Below are positions 1 to 11,400 of a stretch of 64,000 nucleotides of DNA, one piece after another. Position numbers and translations under genes: made by a program. Source of the DNA: a virus. The number at the start of each line of letters is the position of its first letter. The stretch's first letter is position 1. Under the pieces are notes generated by a model. The model ran no database searches and was not told the origin of the DNA. It saw only the letters and a program-made list of their open reading frames with translations. The stretch is taken from the IMG/VR virus record IMGVR_UViG_3300027770_000032; one strand, 5' to 3'.

Positions 1-3000
1 GAGAAACCAGAATATCTTGAAATAGGATATTCGATCTATAACATTGATTATGTCGGTAAGCAAGTTGTTGGCCAACTTTCAGGAGCCAAAGCCTTCGTCG
101 AGAAGTACATTCGGAGAAGAGTCGGAAAAGGCTTCGTCAACCTACTTTATATTTCTGGAAGACAAGGTGATTTTCGTAACGGCGAAGTCATTGGTCTCAA
201 CATTAATAATCAACCTGTATTTGATATTACCAAAAGATCGAAGTTAATCGGTTCTGTCAAAAGAGTCACAGTTCAAACTCGAGGCAGAGATTTTGCCGTC
301 GGAGATATAGTCAGATTTACAAACAGCGATCGAGGCCTTGGTGGTTTGGCAAGAGTAGAATCGATTAGTTCACAAACAGGACTCGTGGATTTTATTTTTA
401 TCGATGGTGGTTATGGATACACACTCGACACCGAATCGATCGTCTCTGAAAAAGTATTAAATCTGAATGAAGTGACTGCAGACTTTACTTCAGAAAGTTA
501 CTATCGTCTCTTCGAACGCGGTGTTCAACCTGTAGTGAATATCGGTTATAGTTCGGCATCTTCAGATGTTGCTGTCGGAAACACCATATATCGCTACGCC
601 GCAAATGGTATGCTTGCCGCTGAAGGCAGAATACTCGAAGTATCGACTTCTTCAAATACTGCAGGGTTTATCTCTGTATCTCATACTTCAGGAGTCTTTG
701 TTCCATCTGCTAACTATAGCACAGGAAGCAACAGTACGAATGGAATAACTTTTACGGCGAATACACTCACAGACAAGTCGATGTCTGGTAAGTTCATGAA
801 CATACCGACAGATTATGCTGTGATTATTACTGCACCTTCTGCCACATTCAATGTCGGTGATGTCGTACAACAACAGAATGCAGGATATATTACGGCTTCT
901 GGTACAGTGGCAAATGTCATTACACTTGAAAGTTCAGTGCAACTTACTCTTACCGATGCTCGCGGCGCTTTTAAGAATAGTAAGCGCATGGCGGATTGGG
1001 ATTACAAAGTCGGCACAGGCACGATCACTACATCTACTACGAGTAATGTAGTCACTGGAACCTCTACAGCTTTTAATAACAACTATATTAATTCGACTCT
1101 TTATATCACTAGTAACGTGTCAATTGGTAATGTGGCGAGCGTAACCAATTCAACTTCTCTGATACTTTCTACGAATGCTGCAGCCAACGCGACCGCAAAT
1201 GTTCATAACTACGGTTTAACGTATAAGCTTATCAATCAAACTAATAATCAAGTCTTCGCAAACGTAAGTTACGTGAATCTGAATGCTGGTTTATATGACA
1301 TCAAGAAGCAGGTTCATGTTATCGAATTTGATGAATGTTCTTCGAATAACGTTACCTTTGCAAATAATATCTACATCTACAATAGCGCGAATGTGATTGT
1401 TGCTGAAGGTTCTGTGATCACTGCTAACTATGCTTCTGCATCAAATACGGGAACATTAACGTTTATCTCGCGTAAGGGATACTGGAACGAAACCGATACA
1501 GTATACACTACCTCAACTCCACCGATCTCTGTATCATTTAACGCGAATTCCTCGGTAACTAATGCGACAGATGAGATTGCAATCACATCTGCAAATACTC
1601 TTTTTTCAGTTAATGACAGCGTTCTTTATACTGTTGCTGCCGGTAATACAGCACTAACAAACTTAGTTTCAGGTACTCGCTACTTTATTAAAACTTCAAA
1701 TTCATCTGCAGTGACGCTTTCTAATACCGTCGGCGGATCTACTATCAATCTAACAAAAGGTTTAACTGAAGCAGGACACTCGCTAAACAGTGCAGATAAC
1801 TTCAAGATCACATCTTATTCACTTGATATTACCGGCGGCGATTACGTTCGTTCATTCCCTTCAAAGATCATTGCGCCGCTTTCAAATACTACCGCAAACA
1901 TTTCATCAATTAGTTTTGGCACAGGCGCTGGGTTTGGTGTAGGTACGATCGGCGAAACAGAAGTCATCTTCATCGGTACAGATCTGATTGCTGCAAATAG
2001 CCAAGATACACTCGACTATAGTCGTCTTCAACTCTCTGTGACAGCGAATACTGGGTTCGATGAAGGTCAAAGAGTATATCAACAGATCCGCAAGGTTTCA
2101 TTTAATCCTTCGACTGCTGCAAATGCAACGACAGGGTTTATTACTATTACAAATGCTAATACTTACTATATTGCAGGCGATCGAGTTACTTATGAAGTAG
2201 CAACAGGTAATACAGTAATCAGTGGACTCGAAAGCGGTAAACCTTATTACGTCGCATTCTCAAATACCACTGGACTCATTCTTTCGAGTCCTGCGAACAA
2301 GTATATTCATATCAATAGCACGAGTTTTCCTGGAGAAAGCTTTGCTAATACATCGTTCAATATTCCTGCCTTCGCTGCAACGCGAACAAATGAATCTGGT
2401 CACTTCTTGTATAAGACTGCACATGGTACACTCTATGACGTGACTGGAACGAATCTTCTTATCAAAGATCCTATTCGCGACTTTGGTTTTACAAATACGA
2501 CGTCTGTTCCAGCAAACGGTAATATCATAGTATACGGCAATTCTGTTGTGAATACTGCAATTACAGCAGTAGCAGGATTACCAACTCTCGCTCAAGCAAA
2601 TCAGGTGTTCGCTTCGCAATTTATCTCTTCAGACGCATTTGGCTTTCCTAAAAATCCTGAAGGCAATTTCCTCGATATACTATATTCGTGTTTGACATTT
2701 GGTAGATTTGAAATCGGTATCATTGGATCACTCAATCAAGTCAATCCAGGTGAAGATTATGATGTCGATCCTTTTGTGCTCGCACACCAACCATATATTG
2801 CAGGATTCGATCGTAAAGACTTTGTGATTACGTTTGAAAATGCAACGAAAAACTTTCTTCCTGGAGAAATAGTCAATCAATCACAAGCAAATCTCAAGTT
2901 CTATGATCTCAAGGTTTCTTCTGGTGCATATAGCAATACGTATGATGCCAAGACATTTACTGTACAATCTCAATTTGAAGCCAACAGTTCATCAGACTTT

Positions 3001-5985
3001 ATCTTCTATCGAGACATCTCTACTACATTTAATGCCACTGATGAAGTCAACTCGAATACAGATTTCATTGAGATCGATGGAAATGTATATGCTGCAAATA
3101 ACTTAGTTCGTTACTTTACTGAGCCAGGCAATACTGCACTAACAGGACTCAGCAATAATACTTTCTATTATGTTTTAACAGCGAATTCGACAGGAGTTAT
3201 TCTTACTACTGACGCTGGAAACACTGCAGCCAAAGTCAATATTACTCAAAGCTCAAATGTAGCAGAATTTAACTCGAATACTAACGTACAGAATAGTAAT
3301 GATTTCATTAGCATTGCCTCTGCAAATAGTAAATTTGCAAACGGTGGTCAAGTTAGATACGTAATCTCATCGAACACTACTGTTGTTCCTGGCTTAGAAG
3401 CAGAAGCGCTCTATTATGTTCGCTACGCAAACAGCACCGGATTGGCTCTTTCGATTACAGCTGGCGGAGCCAACGTAGATTTGACCGCAGCAAATCCTGG
3501 AAGCAATGGACACTTCTTGAGATATTACAATGCCGATATGGGTGGTCATAATCTACGTAACTTTACAAATGAGTTTGGTAATGGACAAATTGTTCAATAC
3601 AAAATTCCGAATGGTAATACTGCGATCGGCGGTTTGACAGCAAATGCCGTTTACTATATTGTTTCTGCGAATAACGTAGGATTTAAGTTGTCTTCTACTC
3701 TCAGCGGTTCTGCGATCAATATCACTGCCAACTCGACCGGTGGAGAGTCACACACGATTGCAACTCTTCCAGGTTATCTGCCAAAAGATAAGCTATTCCA
3801 AACGAATAGCACGAGTGGCATTGTTAATTCTTTCGTCTCTTCAGTTTTTTCCAATACCACTGGCGGTTATATCAGAGTCACTGGAAATACTGCTCCGCTT
3901 GTCAATAATGCAATTATCTCTTCATATACTGTACCGACTGCGAATGGTCTCGTTTCAAGCGTCAGTCTCTTTGAAATTGTATCGACTGCCAAAGCCATCG
4001 TCAAGTCAAGTAATAGTAGTCATATGCTTGCAAAGAGAATTACATTCGAAAACACTTGGTTGTCAAGCGATACAATGATCGGAGAAGTTTCTGGTGCCGA
4101 AGCAAACGTAATAGGTGCGACTGAAGATTTATCAGTATTATATCCGATCGGATTAAATGCAGAAATCACAGCAAATGTTGTGACCGGAGACGGAGAAGTG
4201 ACTGCACTACAAGTGCTCGATTCAGGTTTTGCATATTCGAATGCTGAAATTGTCGACTTTGTTTCAGAAGATAATTTGAGAGCTGGCACTGCAAAGATCA
4301 CCCTTGACGGTCATGGCATTGGTATCGGATATTATCGAAGCTCGAAAGGATTCTTGTCTGACGATATCTACATTCATGATAACGACTATTACCAAGAGTA
4401 TTCTTATGAGATCCTCTCAAAGATCTCAGTAGACAGATACTCTGATATGTTTAAGAAAGTGATGCACGTCGCCGGAACGAAGTTCTTCGGATCTGCATTG
4501 ATCGTAGAAGAAGCAAATGTTGCACTCGCAGTGTCAAACACTTCGACAGGAGAAGAAGTACAGTTCAATTCGAACGATGATGTTTCGACACCGAATGATA
4601 CGATTGAAACAGATATCGAAGATGTGAGCTTTAAGTTTAATGTAGCGAATGTCGGCAATGATACTGATCTAATATCGTTAGGGACTAATCCTTATTATAC
4701 CACATTCCCATTAAATGTAAATGATTATTTACAATATACTACACTAGAAGCAAATCCAATCGGAGTAGGAAGTGCTTCAAGTCTATCGAATAATAGCTAT
4801 TATTATGTAGTGCTTGCGAATACGACAGGTATCAAGATCTCTGAAACACAAGGAGGAGATGCTCTCAATCTAAATACTGTGTCACTAAGTAATACTCTTG
4901 CATTGCATACGCTGACAAAAGTGATTAATCCTTTTGCAAATGGAGACTTGGTGCTTTATACTACTTCGAATACTGCAGTCCAAGCAAACATTACGGGCAC
5001 GTTTACTACGAATACTGGCGCAGTAGTAGATTCGTTTATTCGAGTTGCAAACAATAAGTTTAGAAACAGTGACTATGTTAATGTCACATTTGATTCTGCA
5101 ACATGTAATACTCAGAGCTTTAATGCAAATACTAATGTAGATGTTGATCCTGCAAATACTGCGAATGTCTTTATTACTATTAGTTCTCATCCATTTACGA
5201 ATAGCCAATCAGTGTTATATTATACAGATGCTGGAAATACGGCGATTAGTGGTCTCACTAACAATCAGATCTACTATGTAATAGAAACCACTGCGAATAC
5301 TCTCAAGCTTGCCACAGAATCAGGAAATACATCAGCAATTGCGAATATCATAGCATCTTCTATCAGCGAATCTGGTCATTATATTATGAGAGGATTTGAA
5401 GGTATTACGAATGCAACATCTTATTATGTGATGGATGCGAATACAATTGGCTTTAGACTTTCAACAACTGGAGCAAGAGCTTATGCTCCGGATAACGTGA
5501 CTGCTAATACTATTGGTGTAGTTGCAGCAGATGACTTCATTAAAATCGCGACAGCGAATAGTCGGTTTACTGCCGGTGACAGAGTATATTACGCAGTTCC
5601 TAAAAGCAATACTGCAATTACTCCGTTGACAGGCAATGCATACTACTACGTTACGCTTGCCAATACCACCGGTGTTAAGTTAGCAACTACTCCTGGTGGT
5701 TCGGCAATCAATATTACTGATACAAGAACAACCGCCGTTGCAGAAGTTCATACTCTTACAGTTACACCTATCATAAACTTTAAGAGCTCCAACACAGGAC
5801 TTACACTCAATCTTTCACAAATTAAATTAACAAATGCGCAATCATATTATATTGTAAATACTACTCCAAATACAGTAAAACTATCGTTAACTGCGAATGG
5901 AAGTCCTATAAATATAACAGCGAATACTACATCGAGTGGATCGGCGACGGCTGGTCACTTCTTGACAAAGACGATAGAGGAATAA
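1..5985 (+). CDS. Baseplate wedge subunit, gp7-like, with many inserted repeat domains (5'-truncated)
   Basis: Frame 1 is open from base 1 (EKPEYLEIGYSIYN...), so the ORF-track start at 346 is internal. Contains the motif GYYRSSKGFLSDDIYIHDNDYYQEYSYEI...FKKVMHVAGTKFFG typical of T4-like gp7; lies immediately upstream of gp8. Confidence 0.75.
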   Translation, partial: EKPEYLEIGYSIYNIDYVGKQVVGQLSGAKAFVEKYIRRRVGKGFVNLLYISGRQGDFRNGEVIGLNINNQPVFDITKRSKLIGSVKRVTVQTRGRDFAVGDIVRFTNSDRGLGGLARVESISSQTGLVDFIFIDGGYGYTLDTESIVSEKVLNLNEVTADFTSESYYRLFERGVQPVVNIGYSSASSDVAVGNTIYRYAANGMLAAEGRILEVSTSSNTAGFISVSHTSGVFVPSANYSTGSNSTNGITFTANTLTDKSMSGKFMNIPTDYAVIITAPSATFNVGDVVQQQNAGYITASGTVANVITLESSVQLTLTDARGAFKNSKRMADWDYKVGTGTITTSTTSNVVTGTSTAFNNNYINSTLYITSNVSIGNVASVTNSTSLILSTNAAANATANVHNYGLTYKLINQTNNQVFANVSYVNLNAGLYDIKKQVHVIEFDECSSNNVTFANNIYIYNSANVIVAEGSVITANYASASNTGTLTFISRKGYWNETDTVYTTSTPPISVSFNANSSVTNATDEIAITSANTLFSVNDSVLYTVAAGNTALTNLVSGTRYFIKTSNSSAVTLSNTVGGSTINLTKGLTEAGHSLNSADNFKITSYSLDITGGDYVRSFPSKIIAPLSNTTANISSISFGTGAGFGVGTIGETEVIFIGTDLIAANSQDTLDYSRLQLSVTANTGFDEGQRVYQQIRKVSFNPSTAANATTGFITITNANTYYIAGDRVTYEVATGNTVISGLESGKPYYVAFSNTTGLILSSPANKYIHINSTSFPGESFANTSFNIPAFAATRTNESGHFLYKTAHGTLYDVTGTNLLIKDPIRDFGFTNTTSVPANGNIIVYGNSVVNTAITAVAGLPTLAQANQVFASQFISSDAFGFPKNPEGNFLDILYSCLTFGRFEIGIIGSLNQVNPGEDYDVDPFVLAHQPYIAGFDRKDFVITFENATKNFLPGEIVNQSQANLKFYDLKVSSGAYSNTYDAKTFTVQSQFEANSSSDFIFYRDISTTFNATDEVNSNTDFIEIDGNVYAANNLVRYFTEPGNTALTGLSNNTFYYVLTANSTGVILTTDAGNTAAKVNITQSSNVAEFNSNTNVQNSNDFISIASANSKFANGGQVRYVISSNTTVVPGLEAEALYYVRYANSTGLALSITAGGANVDLTAANPGSNGHFLRYYNADMGGHNLRNFTNEFGNGQIVQYKIPNGNTAIGGLTANAVYYIVSANNVGFKLSSTLSGSAINITANSTGGESHTIATLPGYLPKDKLFQTNSTSGIVNSFVSSVFSNTTGGYIRVTGNTAPLVNNAIISSYTVPTANGLVSSVSLFEIVSTAKAIVKSSNSSHMLAKRITFENTWLSSDTMIGEVSGAEANVIGATEDLSVLYPIGLNAEITANVVTGDGEVTALQVLDSGFAYSNAEIVDFVSEDNLRAGTAKITLDGHGIGIGYYRSSKGFLSDDIYIHDNDYYQEYSYEILSKISVDRYSDMFKKVMHVAGTKFFGSALIVEEANVALAVSNTSTGEEVQFNSNDDVSTPNDTIETDIEDVSFKFNVANVGNDTDLISLGTNPYYTTFPLNVNDYLQYTTLEANPIGVGSASSLSNNSYYYVVLANTTGIKISETQGGDALNLNTVSLSNTLALHTLTKVINPFANGDLVLYTTSNTAVQANITGTFTTNTGAVVDSFIRVANNKFRNSDYVNVTFDSATCNTQSFNANTNVDVDPANTANVFITISSHPFTNSQSVLYYTDAGNTAISGLTNNQIYYVIETTANTLKLATESGNTSAIANIIASSISESGHYIMRGFEGITNATSYYVMDANTIGFRLSTTGARAYAPDNVTANTIGVVAADDFIKIATANSRFTAGDRVYYAVPKSNTAITPLTGNAYYYVTLANTTGVKLATTPGGSAINITDTRTTAVAEVHTLTVTPIINFKSSNTGLTLNLSQIKLTNAQSYYIVNTTPNTVKLSLTANGSPINITANTTSSGSATAGHFLTKTIEE
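5907..5914 (+). promoter_or_regulatory. T4-type late promoter (TATAAATA), internal to gp7, upstream of gp8
   Basis: Exact TATAAATA about 70 nt before the gp8 ATG; gp55 is encoded in this window. It lies in coding sequence, so it could be a chance match. Confidence 0.5.
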
Positions 5986-8409
5986 ATGGCAGTAACACAA
6001 AAACTCATTACGAGTAGTTTTAATGTAGCGGCAGCTGCAAACTTCATTAATAGCTTTGCTAACAATGATTACTTTGTCTATGCCGCTCGTCATATTCCTT
6101 ATGCTAACAGTGACACAATTATTCCTACTCCGAATAATAGTATACGTGTAGTCGATACAGATGTCTATGACAATATGATCTTTGCGAAGAAAGTTTCTTC
6201 TGCGGATGTCGTGCACATGGCAAAAAAGCATTTGTGGGAATCGAACACTCATTATGCAATGTATGATCATCTTGATGGAGATCTTGAAACCAAAGACTTC
6301 TTTATTACTGTCGATGATGATACAGAATATAATGTTTGGAAGTGCTTGTTTAACAAAAGCACTGATACTATTAATGTCAACTCGACTGTCGCTCCTTCTC
6401 GTGTAGGAAGCACTGCTGATTTGAATCCTGTCGAAACAGGTGACGGCTATGTATGGAAGTACATGTACACCATTACAAAAACTCAGTATGAAAAGTTTGC
6501 TACATCACAGTATATTCCTATTACCGCCAATGCTGCCGTCATAGCAGGCGCAACTCGCGGAACGATCGAAGTGATTAAAGTAGAAGATGCCGGAGCTGGA
6601 TATGATAATTACATTGCTTCTGCTACACTATTAACTTCCGATGTTACTGTTGAAGGTATTCCGACTTTCTATGGTGCACCTGCAACTGCTGCGTCGATTG
6701 ATGACTACTATCAAGGTTGTGTCATGAAGATCACTTCTGGTATAGCTGTCGGAGAATACAAGAGAATCGTCAATTACGAAGGCACTGCCGCCCAAAAGAA
6801 ATTCATTCTTGATTCTGCATTTATTAATACACCTTCTGCCGGAGATACTTACGAAGTATATCCATATGCATTCGTTTGGGGAGATGGTGAAGAATCAACT
6901 CCAGCCGAAGGAATTGTGTATATCGATGCGGCTTCGACAAATTCTATCAATAGAGTCGAACTTCTTGCGGTAGGTGAAAACTATCGAAAAGCTGAATCAT
7001 ATGTTTCTGAATTGCCTATTACTATTCCACCATCGATTTTTGATGAAACATACATTCAACTTCCTGCTGTGATTTCAAGTGCATCATACTTTTCTCCTGC
7101 ATCTTTGAGACCTATTATCTCACCAAAGAACGGCCACGGTTCAGATCCTTACAACGAACTCTTTGCAAAGAGAGTATGTCTGAGTGCTAAATTTAATAAT
7201 AGTGAAAGTGGAATTATTCCAACCGAAAATGACTTTCGACAAGTTGGCTTGATTAAGAATGCGACTTTCACAAAGGTTGATATCAACCTCGCTAATACTA
7301 TTGGTCCAGGTTTTTCGATTGGTGAAAAAGTCTATCAGTATCGAAAATTGAAATTGCATGGTAACGTATCGATCACATCAGGTAGCACGACTATTCAAAA
7401 AACAAATTTTGGTCTTCTTTCTAATACTGCTACAATTGTAAGCGGAGGAGTAGGATACAATAGTTCTGCAAATAACCAATTGGTGTTTAATAATTCCGGT
7501 ACAAATGGAACAGGCGCAATAGGTACATTTGCAACAACTGCAAACGTTATTACTTCTGTTACAATATCGAACACAGGATCCGGATACACTTCAGCGCCTA
7601 TCATCGGCTTCGATGCGGCTGCCGGAGGATCGAATGGCAGTATCACTATCGCTCTTGCAAACCCAGATGCTCCGACTTACAAAGATGCTTTCTCAGTTGG
7701 TGACTATGTTCTTGTCACAGACGGTTCGAATAATTATATCTCGACTGTCGCAAACGTTCCAGAAGACTATCGCATCACAACTGCAAATACAACCAGTTCA
7801 TTTACTGCAAATAATTGTGAAATCTCGGCTATTGTAGTTCAAGCAAGCGGCATCGTATCGTTCTCTGGCTCAAGTCAAATCGAACTCTCAAACGTTGCAG
7901 GCGTATTTACTTCTGGTAGTCGTATCATCGGAGTCGGCGGTATGTCAGGAGATACAGTCATTCCTGTATCAGGTACGACCGCAACTATTACTGGAACACC
8001 TGAAATTAACGATAGAGCAGCAAGTTCATTCGAGTACTCTCGTCAACTGACACGCCTCATTGGCACTTTTAGTGTAGGTGGTGTACCGTTCCTTGAAGAC
8101 GAAGAAATTCAACAAGAAAGTCTGATTGCATACGCACAACCTCGAGGCAGAGTTCATCATCTTGATGAGATCGACGGCGCTTCTGATATATTGTGGATTA
8201 GTAATAAATCAGGCATCTTTAATCTTGATCCTCGCGGAGTCAGAGATATTGCAGGCGCAGTATCTTCTGCAGAGCTTTCCCCATTATTGAATAAATACAA
8301 CGGAGACTTTGTAGTCGGTAGCGGCGAGGTTCTTTACTTAGAGAATCTTGATCCTATCGCTCGTAACGATAACAAATCAGAAATTATAAAGATAGTATTG
8401 GAGTTTTAA
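5986..8409 (+). CDS. gp8: Baseplate wedge subunit gp8 (extended)
   Basis: Motifs WESNTHYAMYD, YNVWKCLFN, TGDGYVWKYMYTI, ISPKNGHGSDP, NDFRQVGLIKN and C-terminal SGEVLYLEN...IKIVLEF; AGGA RBS. Confidence 0.85.
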   Translation: MAVTQKLITSSFNVAAAANFINSFANNDYFVYAARHIPYANSDTIIPTPNNSIRVVDTDVYDNMIFAKKVSSADVVHMAKKHLWESNTHYAMYDHLDGDLETKDFFITVDDDTEYNVWKCLFNKSTDTINVNSTVAPSRVGSTADLNPVETGDGYVWKYMYTITKTQYEKFATSQYIPITANAAVIAGATRGTIEVIKVEDAGAGYDNYIASATLLTSDVTVEGIPTFYGAPATAASIDDYYQGCVMKITSGIAVGEYKRIVNYEGTAAQKKFILDSAFINTPSAGDTYEVYPYAFVWGDGEESTPAEGIVYIDAASTNSINRVELLAVGENYRKAESYVSELPITIPPSIFDETYIQLPAVISSASYFSPASLRPIISPKNGHGSDPYNELFAKRVCLSAKFNNSESGIIPTENDFRQVGLIKNATFTKVDINLANTIGPGFSIGEKVYQYRKLKLHGNVSITSGSTTIQKTNFGLLSNTATIVSGGVGYNSSANNQLVFNNSGTNGTGAIGTFATTANVITSVTISNTGSGYTSAPIIGFDAAAGGSNGSITIALANPDAPTYKDAFSVGDYVLVTDGSNNYISTVANVPEDYRITTANTTSSFTANNCEISAIVVQASGIVSFSGSSQIELSNVAGVFTSGSRIIGVGGMSGDTVIPVSGTTATITGTPEINDRAASSFEYSRQLTRLIGTFSVGGVPFLEDEEIQQESLIAYAQPRGRVHHLDEIDGASDILWISNKSGIFNLDPRGVRDIAGAVSSAELSPLLNKYNGDFVVGSGEVLYLENLDPIARNDNKSEIIKIVLEF

Positions 8410-8413
8410 TTAA

Positions 8414-11400
8414 ATGGCTCTGGAAACCAACCTAAACGTATCTCCTTATTTTGATGACTTCGATTCCAAGAAGGACTTTTATAAAGTTCTGTTCCAGCCT
8501 GGTGTCGCAGTTCAAGCACGTGAGCTGAATCAGCTCCAGTCTATTTTGCAAAATCAAATTGAGAAGTTTGGTGACAACGTATTCAAGCGTGGTACAATTA
8601 TCGATGGTTGTACGATTACTAAGCATGACAAAGTTCCTTATATCAAGATCAACGATTTGACGACTAATGGTCTACAAGTCGATATCACTCTTTATAATAA
8701 TCGATATGTCAAGAACGCTGCAAATGTAGAAGCTTATATTGTAAAGACGACTTCCGGCTTGCAATCTCGTTCACCAGATTTGAACACACTATTTGTGAAC
8801 TATATCAGTTCTGGAACAGATTTCGAAACTGATTCTTTTGCTGCCGATGAAACTCTCACAGTTTTCGATAAGTCTTATCCTATCTTTAATATCAAAGTCA
8901 ACGACGGCGCTTCGAAGTTTGCGAATAATGATAGTGTAGTTGTGATGTCTGCTCTTGCAGTACAGAATAGTACTGGCGGCGCTGCAAATGCTGCGCAGTT
9001 TCTCGCAAATTCTGTAATTCAAAATGGCGTTGCAAACGCAGTGATTATCGAAGCCAATATCACTGCAAATAGTACCGCACTTATTTTGAAGGTAAGACCA
9101 GAGTATTCTGATCTTATTTCTGCAAATACGATCAAGTTCCGATTTGCTGCTGGTGAACAGATTCGCAACTTCACATCTGGCGCATCTGCGAATGTAGTCG
9201 CAATCGTTGGTTCAGGCGCAGTCGGCTCGATTACAACAGACAGTTTAGGTAAAGTTACTGCAGTTCAGGTAATCGGTCAAGGTTCAGGGTATTATGTCGA
9301 GCCACATGTCACTATCGCCAACAATTCAACTACATCAACAGCTACCGCTACAGAATTAGGCGAGCTTGAACTTGTAGCAGAAACATTCCTCGCTACGATT
9401 CAAATAGCAAATGCCACCTCAGTTCCGATTGGTACTGGCTACGGCGTCACTATTGGAGAAGGTACGATCTATCAAAAAGGATTCTTTTCAAGAGTCGCTT
9501 CTCAGTTTGAAGTTGTAAACAAATATTCGAATACTGCTTTTGATAAGTCTGTTGGTTTCTATACGAATGAAAGTATCGTCAATTCAAATCAAGATCAAAC
9601 ACTTCTTGATAATGCCACCGGTACTTATAACTATGCGGCTCCTGGTGCAGATCGCCTCAAACTCACACCAGTCATCAGCGTATTGACAAAAGCAGAAGCT
9701 GACGCAAATTCAGAATTTCTTCCGATCATTGAGTTTACAGATGGTCGACCATATCGTATTAATCAAGATACTATCTATAATGTCATTAACCGCCAACTAG
9801 CAGCAAGAACATACGAAGAATCTGGAAACTATGTCATCAATCAGTTTCTTACAGCGACGAAAGATTCCGATACTTTCTCAGATACCGCTAGTCTTGTGAA
9901 TATGAAAATCGACCCAGGTAAAGCTTATATTAACGGTATTCGTATCGAAACTATTGATAACTATAAGCAAAACATGAATAAGGGTACGACGAAGCTGAAT
10001 GATCCGGCTTCACAAACTCGTCTTGGTTATGGTAACTACTTCGAAGTCGACGAGCTTGTTGGTTCGTTTAACTTCGATATCGGCGGTCAAGTCGATCTTT
10101 ATGATACTGCTGCTAATTATATTAGCACTGGCTCGACTACAATTTCTGCTACTGGTACAAAGATTGGTACTGCAAGACTTCGTACTTTTGCTTATCAGAG
10201 TGGAGATATCGGCAACGCGAATGCTGTATATAGAATGTATCTCTTCGACATTAAGATGAACGCAGGCCAGAATACAAAAAATGTAAGAAGTATCTATTAT
10301 AGCAGCGGTAATAAAGCAATCGCGGACGTCGTATTAAGTGCCGGAGAAGCAGTACTTTATGACACATTTGATTCTTCTCTTCTCTTCAAGTTAAAAAGCG
10401 CCACTTCGAACGTGTCGAACATCACATATCAATATAGAACCATTAACACATCTGAAACTTCTAATTCTGCTGGTTACGTCGTTCTGAATCTTACATCTGG
10501 AGAATACTTTCCATATACTGAAGAGTTGAATACATCTGAAAAACGCGATTTGATTGTAATTCCAAACGGAAACTTTAAGTCTCAAAATAGTGCAACAGGC
10601 ACTATTAGCACTGCGAATAATACAACTGCGAATGTTGTAGGAACTGGTTCATTATTTACTACGCAATTTTCTCCTGGAGATTATGTTCTTCTTGCCAATT
10701 CTACGGCTGGAAATACGGCTGTAGCCCAAATCGCATCGATTGCAAACAGTACCTTAATGACTCTCGCCACCGTTCCAGGTAAAACATATTCTGGCGGTAG
10801 CATTACTCTTTATTATCCACAGAATATTCCGATCTCACTGACAAACAAAGCTACCAAGTGGGCGAACGTCGATAGTTCAAATAGTCAAATCATGACGATC
10901 TATGTCGGTAATAATGTCGCGAATGCTACTTCAAACGCTGCTGCTTCGATGCCAGTTTCTGTTGTTTATAATGCACAGAGAAACAATGTAAGCTCGGCAG
11001 CGAAAACATCAAACCGCGGTAACTATGCAAGAATTCGAATTGCAAATAACAATAGTGCAGGCATTCAAGGCCCATGGCCGCTCGGCGTATCCGATGCCTA
11101 TCGCCTGCGTGGAGTATATAAGAAAGACGCGACTGTTCAAGATGTTACGTTTAACGTAGCCACAAATATTACAGGATCAGGAACAGCTAACGCGTTTATT
11201 ACTATTACGAATAATCCATTCGCGAATGGCGATTCTCTTGTATATTCGAATGCCGCAGGTGTCGGAGTACTTGGCGGACTTGCAAATGCTACAGCATATT
11301 TTGCCGTATATGCAAATACATCTGGATTTGCACTCTCTGCTACTCGCGGAGGAGCAAATCTTACTCTGACTTCAAACAGTACTTCTGTGCATAAGTTTAC

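Noticed and set aside
44-346. ORF 44-247 and a gp7 start at 346
   Set aside because: Frame 1 is open from base 1, so both are artefacts of the window edge.
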